Shown here one piece after another: positions 8,152 through 13,706 of a stretch of DNA of 13,706 nt. The position numbers and the translations under genes are program-made. The notes under the pieces were generated by a model. That model was not told where the DNA came from, searched no databases, and saw nothing but the letters and a program-made list of their open reading frames with translations. The DNA comes from a bacterium. GTDB lineage: Bacteria > Hydrothermota > Tepidihabitantia > Tepidihabitantales > Tepidihabitantaceae. The DNA lies in NCBI GenBank assembly GCA_046485285.1, contig JAWOHE010000053.1, positions 1 to 13,706 of the forward strand, written 5' to 3'. How positions within the stretch are numbered: position 1 is the stretch's first letter; each line of letters opens with the position of its first letter.

Positions 8152-8203
8152 TGTCGCAGCACTTAAGTTACGTGTGATGGCAACTTAGGAAGTCGGTGCG
8201 ACA
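8152..8203. promoter_or_regulatory. Imperfect palindrome, candidate enhancer (bEBP upstream activating sequence)
   Basis: TGTCGCA (8152-8158)/TGCGACA (8197-8203) with nested TAAGTT (8164-8169)/AACTTA (8182-8187), about 115-165 bp upstream of the predicted sigma54 start. Confidence 0.45.
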
Positions 8204-8288
8204 TCGCGCCGAATCGCCAGTCTGTGTCCGTATCTGGGCAATGCGCCTTGGGTCAACTGGTTATGGCGAAGCAGGCCGTTTCCGGGCC

Positions 8289-8305
8289 CCGGCACGGGGC
8301 GTGCA
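8289..8305 (+). promoter_or_regulatory. Sigma54 (RpoN) -24/-12 promoter
   Basis: ccGGCACGgggcgTGCA: GG at 8291-8292 and GC at 8303-8304 with exact N10 spacing, matching TGGCACG-N4-TTGC(A/T). Followed by an AT-rich stretch (TATATTGTT). Confidence 0.7.
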
Positions 8306-8315
8306 TATATTGTTG

Positions 8316-8666
8316 CGGCACAGTGTTGAACTACTCACCAAGACCCCCAGAAACGGTCGCTCAAGTGCGACGAGTAGTCGTCACACCTCCTCCAAGTACG
8401 TGCATCTTAGCCTCAACCGAGCCGGTCCCGGGCACGCGCTCCCAGCGCGTATCCCGGGCCCAGTCGCAAGAAGGTCGGTGCAGGGAGACACTCCACCAAG
8501 CCTCAGGAGTACCATCCCCATCTCATCAGGCCCGAGTCACTCTCCAAACACCCCTGCTCGGGCGTGCTCTTCAACCGGAGTCCACTGCACCGACCTTCTT
8601 CTGTCGCGGTGTCGCGCGACAGATGTCGCAGTAGGGACACCTCTTCGGCCCCGGAGAGGCAGTTTT
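8316..8666 (+). ncRNA. Candidate structured non-coding RNA (~350 nt), family not recognised; ends approximate
   Basis: Lies downstream of the sigma54 promoter. Multiple stems including a perfect 16-bp helix 8468-8483/8585-8600, C-rich loops, and a hairpin plus TTTT at 8640-8666. No convincing coding frame. Confidence 0.6.
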
Positions 8667-8669
8667 CGG

Positions 8670-8709
8670 GAAGCGTAGGACCCCGGCGCCAGCCGGGGTC
8701 CTGTGATTC
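8670..8709. terminator. Strong hairpin between the candidate ncRNA (+) and the C25 gene (-)
   Basis: AGGACCCCGGC-gcca-GCCGGGGTCCT perfect 11-bp stem, extendable with G-U pairs, ending about 15 nt from the C25 stop at 8725. Confidence 0.55.
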
Positions 8710-8724
8710 GGGCCGAGGGTTCCG

Positions 8725-11700
8725 CTACCGGAGTTTCACAACCTTCTCCGTCCGGCCGCCGAGCCGGATGAAGTAGACCCCGGGCCGGAGGTCCGGCCGC
8801 CAGAGCCACATGCCGGCCCCGGCCGCGGGCGTGAGCAGGTGCTCGGCGCAGACCCGGCCGGAGGCGTCAAGGCCGACGAGCCGGACCGGCCCGGTCAGGG
8901 GCGCCTGCGAGCTGATTTCAAGCGCGTCGGTGAAGAGCCGGGAGCGGATGCCGAGCCCGGCGACCGGGGCCGACAGGCGGGGTCCCTCGGCGACCGCGAC
9001 TGGCGGGTCGTACCAGGCCTCGGCGCTGTCGGAGTTGGCGAGCATCCCGGCGACGGTGCGGCCGCCGACGAGGACGAAGGCGACAATCTGGCTGTCGCCG
9101 GCCGGGATGGCGTACGGCCCGGAGGAGGCCATCGCGTGCCAGTTGCCGATGGTCGGGCCGGTGGTCGAGCGCAGTGTGCCGTCCATGTAGCCCATTTTCT
9201 CGGCCTTGGTGAAGCCGTCGGCGATGGCGGTGTTGCTGATGCAGTTGGCCCAGCCGTTCATCCCCTGCGGCCAGATCGGCCGGATGCCGAGCGCGGTGGT
9301 CTCGGGCTGGGACCGGACGTAGGCGAGGATGCGGGCCGAGTCGGTCCCGGCGTAGTCGTACTGGTCGTTGACGTTCCAGTTGCCGGTGCGGAAGTCGCAG
9401 GCGACCGCGGCGTAGAGACCCTCGACCGCTTCCGCACCCCGGTTGCGGATACGGTACTCGAGGATGACGAAGTCGCGGTGGGCGGGCACGGCGCTGCCGT
9501 ATGCGCGCTGGGCGATGTCGAGGCCGCGCGGGGAGGGGTGGTTCGAGTCGGTGAAGCTCGCGACGAACTGCTTGGCGCCGAGTTCGGGCGGCCAGACCGG
9601 CCGGACCGAGTCCCCGGGCGCGAAGTCGAGCGGGCAGCGGCGCCAGTCCGGCGCGCCGTAGTAGTTGTCCGCGACCCAGCCGGTGTCGGTGCCGAGGACG
9701 AGCGCGCCGTGCATCAGCGCGGTGTTGGACCACGAGCGCGACTTCGGGTAGATGAACCCGAAGCCCTCGCCCCGCCACTCGGTCGTCCCGATGCCGCCGT
9801 TGTTCATCACCGAGAGGACGTAGTCGCCGGTGTCGAGGACCGCCCAGTTGCCGCCGCGGCCGTGGGGCAGGCCGACGGCGAGCGCGAGCTCAGAACGCCA
9901 GAGCCCGTCGGACGCGGTGACGATCAGGTTCAGCTCGGCCCGGTGGCCGTGCGGGCAGTCGCGGCTGACCCGGACCCGGTAGGCGTCGCCCGCCGCGGTG
10001 TCCCCGACCGCGACGTCGCCATACGACGAACTGCCGCCGACGACGGTGAGATACGGCGAGCCGGACGAGAGCACCCCGGAAGCCTCGGCGGCCGCGGCGT
10101 TGCCGCGGTTCCGGACGACGAGGTAGAGGTCCGACTCCTCGCCCGGGTCGAGCCGGCCGTCCGGGTCGTCAACCCGGGCGTGGCTGTAGACGACGAGCGC
10201 ATTCTCGTGGCCGGCGCCGACGGCAACCGCCTTCGCGAACGGCCGGCCGTCGGGCGCGGTGACCATTAGTTCGAGGGTCGAGGACTCCTCGAGGGCGGGA
10301 ATCGCGAGGGTCGCGACCCCGTCCGAGCCGGTTACGGCCCGGGCGACGAGCTCGCCCTGGCGGGTAAGCGCGACGCGGGCGCGGGCCGCCTGTCCGGCAC
10401 CGGCGAAGCGGACGTCGGCGCTCAGGGTCTGGGGTACGGCGGAGATCGAGTCCGGGAAGTCGACCTCGAGTTCCATCGGCACGCCGCGATGCACCGCCAT
10501 CGTCGGGTCGCCCTGCAGGGTGTTGGTGTAGAGCGCCCAGCGCGTCGACATCTGGCTGTAGCTCTCGTTGCGGAGGAAGTCGCGGGCGAGGCCGTGGGAC
10601 TGGCCGAGGGTCAGCGCCTTCTGGAAGTTGTGGTAGATCTGGCAGTTGAGGTTCTCGTTCGGGCCCTGGCAGGGCGGCGCGCCCCAGCCGTAGCGGGCGT
10701 TGAGCATCGTCGCGACCGCACCGCCGTTGGCGACGGTAACGAACTGCTCGCCGAGGCAGTCGTTGGCGTCGTCGAACCAGCCGCAGTCGCAGGCCATCGA
10801 GACGACGATCGCAGGCTTCGTGACATTGGTCAGGCTCGTCAGGTTCGAGGTCGAGAAGGTCGAGCCGAACGCGGTGCGCGAGCCGTGGCCGGCGAAGTGG
10901 AAGTGCTGGCGGCCAGCGTTGAGCCCGGTGATGACCCGGCTCGAGTTGAGATTGAGTCCGGAGTCAACCTGCCAGGGCGAGCGGTTGTTGAGGAGCAGGG
11001 CGATGTTGCGGTTGACGATGCCGCCGTGGTAGTCGATGTTCGACCAGAGCACCTCGTGGGGTAGCAGCACATCGTCGAGGCTGGCGGTGTCGGGCAGCTT
11101 CTCGTAGGTCGTATCCTTGCGCAGGAAACTGGCGGCGTGGCTCGCGTCGTCGAACGGCAGGCGGCCGACGTAGACGTCGTGGAACAGGTCGAGCGAGTCG
11201 CCCTCCATCTCGCCGAACCGGTTGTTGCCGCTCGCGTCCCAGCTCCCGTCGAGGTCGCCGAAGTACATATCGGCCGGGACGTTGTAGCTGGTGTAGGGCA
11301 GGTAGCCGTAGCGCACCGGGCAGTGCTGGTAGTCGCCGGCGAGGATGACGTACTTGAGCCCCTGCTCGGCGTAGAGCCGCTTGACGAGATTGCGCATCTT
11401 CTCCTGGGTATCGCGGCCCGGGGTCGAGAGCGTGTCGTGGCGGACGATCTCGGTGAAGTAGCCCTTGCGCGCGAGCCACTGGCGCAGGCCGGTGAGCGCG
11501 GGCGCGAGCGTCGCGCTGGTGAACATCACGACGTCGACCTCGGCCGCGTCGGTCTCGGCGACGGGCGGGGCCATCCGGGCAAGGTCGCCCGGATTCAGGA
11601 CGAGGGCGGCGACGTCGGCGGAGAAGAGCCGGTCCTGGGCCGGGGTCAGGACGCTGACCGGCACCGCGTTCTCGCGGTAGCGGACGGTGAGCTCGGCGCG

Positions 11701-12195
11701 GGTGACCAGCGTCAGCCGGCCGGACGCCGGCCGGTACTCGAACGGGCACCAGCGGAAGCCGGCGAGCCGGTAGCCGGACCGGGTGCCGGCCGGGACCGCC
11801 TCGAGCGCGGGGGCCGGGAAGACCTCATCCGGGGTCCAGGCCCGCGCGACGGGCGGGACGAACGGGATGCTCGCGAACTGCGACAGCGGCCGCATCGGCT
11901 GGACCGGGTGGACTCGGTGCGTGCCGAGCTCGGTCCGCGCGAGCGGGGCGATCGTGATTTCCTCGACCTCGGCGCCGGCCGGGATGAGGACGTTGCCGGA
12001 AACGAGCGGCAGGAGTGGCTCGCCCGGGACCGACGTCCACGACCGCACCGCGCCGGCAAGGCCGAGGTCAAGGTCAAGTACTGCGTAGCCGTTGTCGTCG
12101 GAGCGGACGACCTCGGCCGGGCTGATGGAGAGCGTGCTGGTGACGGTGCCGCCGAAGGCGACCGCGACCGCAAGCAGGCCGGCAATCAGGGACAT
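8725..12195 (-). CDS. C25 (gingipain-family) cysteine peptidase with propeptide, Ig-like/accessory domains and C-terminal sorting-like domain (1156 aa)
   Basis: Short signal peptide; propeptide 'PGEPLLP......LIP.GA...' and 'PFEYRP..GRL'; C25 core 'YVILAGD', 'PADMYFGDLDG.WD..GN..FGE...D.F.DVYVGRLP'; catalytic His (FAGHG) and Cys (MACDCG); 'LQGDP'; C-terminal 'PGVYFIRL...TEKVVKLR'. SD AAGGAGG before ATG 12195. Confidence 0.9.
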   Translation of the reverse strand: MSLIAGLLAVAVAFGGTVTSTLSISPAEVVRSDDNGYAVLDLDLGLAGAVRSWTSVPGEPLLPLVSGNVLIPAGAEVEEITIAPLARTELGTHRVHPVQPMRPLSQFASIPFVPPVARAWTPDEVFPAPALEAVPAGTRSGYRLAGFRWCPFEYRPASGRLTLVTRAELTVRYRENAVPVSVLTPAQDRLFSADVAALVLNPGDLARMAPPVAETDAAEVDVVMFTSATLAPALTGLRQWLARKGYFTEIVRHDTLSTPGRDTQEKMRNLVKRLYAEQGLKYVILAGDYQHCPVRYGYLPYTSYNVPADMYFGDLDGSWDASGNNRFGEMEGDSLDLFHDVYVGRLPFDDASHAASFLRKDTTYEKLPDTASLDDVLLPHEVLWSNIDYHGGIVNRNIALLLNNRSPWQVDSGLNLNSSRVITGLNAGRQHFHFAGHGSRTAFGSTFSTSNLTSLTNVTKPAIVVSMACDCGWFDDANDCLGEQFVTVANGGAVATMLNARYGWGAPPCQGPNENLNCQIYHNFQKALTLGQSHGLARDFLRNESYSQMSTRWALYTNTLQGDPTMAVHRGVPMELEVDFPDSISAVPQTLSADVRFAGAGQAARARVALTRQGELVARAVTGSDGVATLAIPALEESSTLELMVTAPDGRPFAKAVAVGAGHENALVVYSHARVDDPDGRLDPGEESDLYLVVRNRGNAAAAEASGVLSSGSPYLTVVGGSSSYGDVAVGDTAAGDAYRVRVSRDCPHGHRAELNLIVTASDGLWRSELALAVGLPHGRGGNWAVLDTGDYVLSVMNNGGIGTTEWRGEGFGFIYPKSRSWSNTALMHGALVLGTDTGWVADNYYGAPDWRRCPLDFAPGDSVRPVWPPELGAKQFVASFTDSNHPSPRGLDIAQRAYGSAVPAHRDFVILEYRIRNRGAEAVEGLYAAVACDFRTGNWNVNDQYDYAGTDSARILAYVRSQPETTALGIRPIWPQGMNGWANCISNTAIADGFTKAEKMGYMDGTLRSTTGPTIGNWHAMASSGPYAIPAGDSQIVAFVLVGGRTVAGMLANSDSAEAWYDPPVAVAEGPRLSAPVAGLGIRSRLFTDALEISSQAPLTGPVRLVGLDASGRVCAEHLLTPAAGAGMWLWRPDLRPGVYFIRLGGRTEKVVKLR

Positions 12196-12235
12196 GCTGC
12201 CTCCTTGGGAAGATGACCGATGACGGACATCTTTA

Positions 12236-12263
12236 ATCATCGGCCCGTCCCGGGCAGAGTCAA
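12236..12263 (-). promoter_or_regulatory. Possible sigma70 promoter for the C25 gene
   Basis: Minus strand TTGACT (12263-12258), 16 nt, GATGAT, then an AT-rich TAAAG. The -10 match is imperfect. Confidence 0.35.
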
Positions 12264-12343
12264 GCGGCCGGTCGCTGTGGGGCAGGACAGGTCAAGCTCG
12301 CGGCGGCCGCGCCCCGGGCCGCGGCTTACCGACGTCCCCGGTA

Positions 12344-13117
12344 TCAGCCATCGGCCCGGGCGAAGTCGCAGGCGAGCAGGCTTTCGGCCGTTGCGGTTCC
12401 GGGAAGCGAATCCGGCAGTTCATCATAGACCTGGCCGTTGAGCTCCCGGCCGGTCAGGTCCTTCCGCACCCCGCCCCACTGCTTGAAGAAGAACGCCGCC
12501 CCGGCCTCCTCGCACTGCCGCCGGATGGACTGCACCCAGGACTCCTTCATCTCCCGCGCGCCCGGCCCGGACTCGCCGCCGACAATCACCCAGTGAATGC
12601 CGTCGAGCGCCAGCCGGCCGAGGTCGGCAATCAGCGGCTCGCAGGACAGGAACCGCACCGCGGCCAGGACCGCGCGCAGGTCCGCAATCCTGCTCTTGAC
12701 CTCAGGGCTTTCGACGGTCACCCCGGCCCAGACATTCTCCGGCCAGCGCGGCAGGCGCCGGGCGTAGGCCAGCATCTTCCCGCTTCGCTTCGTCAGCAAC
12801 TGGAACACGTGCCGGGGGCAGGCCCGCATCGTCTCGAACACCCGGTCGGTGAAATTGAACGGCACGTGGGTATGGAACAGGTCGGACATCGAGTTCACGA
12901 ACACCATCCGGGGCTTCCGCCACGACAGCGGCGTCCCGAGCATATGCTCGTGGAGCGTGACCCGGAATCCGTTCTTGTAGTTCGGGTTGCCCATCGCCTG
13001 CAGGCGCAGGGCCAGCCGCTTCGCGTAGCAGTGCGCGCACCCGGCGCTGATAGGGCTACACCCGGTCGTCGGGTTCCAGGTCGCCTCGGTCCATTCGATG
13101 GAGGAGTCGTAGGACAT
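12344..13117 (-). CDS. DUF5131 / phage Gp37-Gp68 family protein (three-Cys, radical-SAM-like)
   Basis: SSIEWTEATWNPTTGCSPISAGCAHCYA (Cx6Cx2C), FVNSMSDLFH, FQLLTKR, NVWAGVTVE, RFLSCEPL, IHWVIVGGESGPGAR, FFFKQWGG. Confidence 0.92.
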   Translation of the reverse strand: MSYDSSIEWTEATWNPTTGCSPISAGCAHCYAKRLALRLQAMGNPNYKNGFRVTLHEHMLGTPLSWRKPRMVFVNSMSDLFHTHVPFNFTDRVFETMRACPRHVFQLLTKRSGKMLAYARRLPRWPENVWAGVTVESPEVKSRIADLRAVLAAVRFLSCEPLIADLGRLALDGIHWVIVGGESGPGAREMKESWVQSIRRQCEEAGAAFFFKQWGGVRKDLTGRELNGQVYDELPDSLPGTATAESLLACDFARADG

Positions 13118-13125
13118 ACCGTTTC

Positions 13126-13153
13126 AGTCTATCGAACTGCCGCGGTCCTTCAA
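13126..13153 (-). promoter_or_regulatory. Possible sigma70 promoter giving a (near-)leaderless DUF5131 mRNA
   Basis: Minus strand TTGAAG (13153-13148), N16, TAGACT (13131-13126), then 8 nt to ATG 13117. No SD. Confidence 0.45.
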
Positions 13154-13195
13154 CGTCAGTTCAGGTTACCCCGCGTTGAGATGCCTTCTGAAGAT

Positions 13196-13706
13196 TGGAC
13201 TGCCCCCAATATTGTAGACACGCAGTTAGGCGTGGTTTCTCATCTGCTTCTCGTACTCGGCCGGGCTGACGTAGCCCAAGGCTGAGTGTCTTCGCTCACA
13301 GTTATAGAACAGCTGCAGGTAGTTGCCAGCCTCCGTTAGTGCCTCCTCTCTCGTCTCGAAGCTGTGCCGGCGGACAAACTCGGCTTTGAAGGTCTTGATG
13401 AAGCTCTCCATCGGCGCATTGTCGAGCGGCGTCCCGGCCCGGCTCATGCTTGCCAGTACGCCGTGGCACCGGAGCACCGCGACGTAGCCGGCACAGGCAT
13501 ACTGCCCGGCACGGCCAGTGTGATGGACCAGTTCCTCCGGCGGCTGCCGCCAGCCAAGGGCCATCTCGAGCACCCCGATTGTCAGCCGGCGATCCTTGGT
13601 CGCCCCGCCCGCCCAGCCGACAATCATCCGCGAGCACAGGTCGAGCAGGAACGCCAGGTACAAGACGCCCTCGCCGGTCGCAAACTGCGTGATGTCGCCC
13701 AGCCAG
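13196..13706 (-). mobile_element. IS3-family insertion sequence, right portion (continues beyond window)
   Basis: Terminal inverted repeat TGGACTGCCCCCAATATTGTAGACAC (13196-13221, TG end typical of IS3) directly after the transposase stop; OrfB integrase core present. Confidence 0.88.
13226..13705 (-). pseudogene. IS3 transposase OrfB (rve core), partial, probably catalytically dead
   Basis: WLGDITQF.TGEG.LYLA..LD..SR.IVGW, DNAPMESF.KTFK.E, YN..RRHSALGY.SP.EYE. The usual HSDRGSQY reads HTGRAGQY, so the second DDE Asp is Gly. Confidence 0.8.

Noticed and set aside
8164-8187. IHF site or dif site
   Set aside because: Does not fit WATCARNNNNTTR on either strand, nor the XerC/XerD arm consensus; kept only as an unassigned palindrome.
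8361-8393. Minus-strand GGAGGAGG followed by a 7-codon ORF (GTG 8384 to TGA 8361)
   Set aside because: Tiny ORF with cramped SD spacing and no minus-strand promoter seen; better read as the + strand anti-SD motif.
8316-8666. Identification as tmRNA, RNase P RNA, SRP RNA, tRNA, 6S or a retron ncRNA
   Set aside because: No tRNA-like ends or T-loop, no GAGGAAAGUCC, no SRP GGAA-loop domain, no adjacent reverse transcriptase. The rod is shorter than 6S and lacks motifs I recognise, though 6S cannot be fully excluded without cmscan.
8196-8678. ORFs 8196..8678 and 8224..8634 (+) across the intergenic block
   Set aside because: No SD, non-ATG starts, no recognisable motifs, lack the strong GC3 bias of real genes here, and they start upstream of the sigma54 promoter. 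Structure explains the region better.
1-13706. CRISPR array, rRNA or tRNA genes, T-box or purine riboswitch
   Set aside because: No regularly spaced repeats or cloverleafs seen; leuS and guaA overlap their upstream genes, leaving no leader.

Overview
Very GC-rich bacterial chromosomal window. The gene content (C25 gingipain-like protease, FlgD/T9SS-type C-terminal sorting domains) suggests an FCB-related candidate lineage such as WOR-3; this is inference only. Left to right: 3' part of a secreted CTD-bearing protein (+); msrA (-); a tightly coupled operon holA-leuS-two paralogous membrane-anchored helical proteins-guaA-lipoprotein (+); a ~550 bp lower-GC intergenic block; a 1156-aa C25 peptidase (-); a DUF5131/phage Gp37-Gp68 protein (-); and the right end of an IS3-family element whose transposase has lost a catalytic Asp. 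Two signals stand out. (1) The 8150-8670 block looks like an unannotated sigma54-dependent ~350 nt structured ncRNA with C-rich, anti-Shine-Dalgarno-like loops and an upstream palindromic enhancer-like site. (2) Two related multi-hairpin DNA elements are inserted in frame in the LeuRS editing domain. All structures were folded by eye and no database searches were run.
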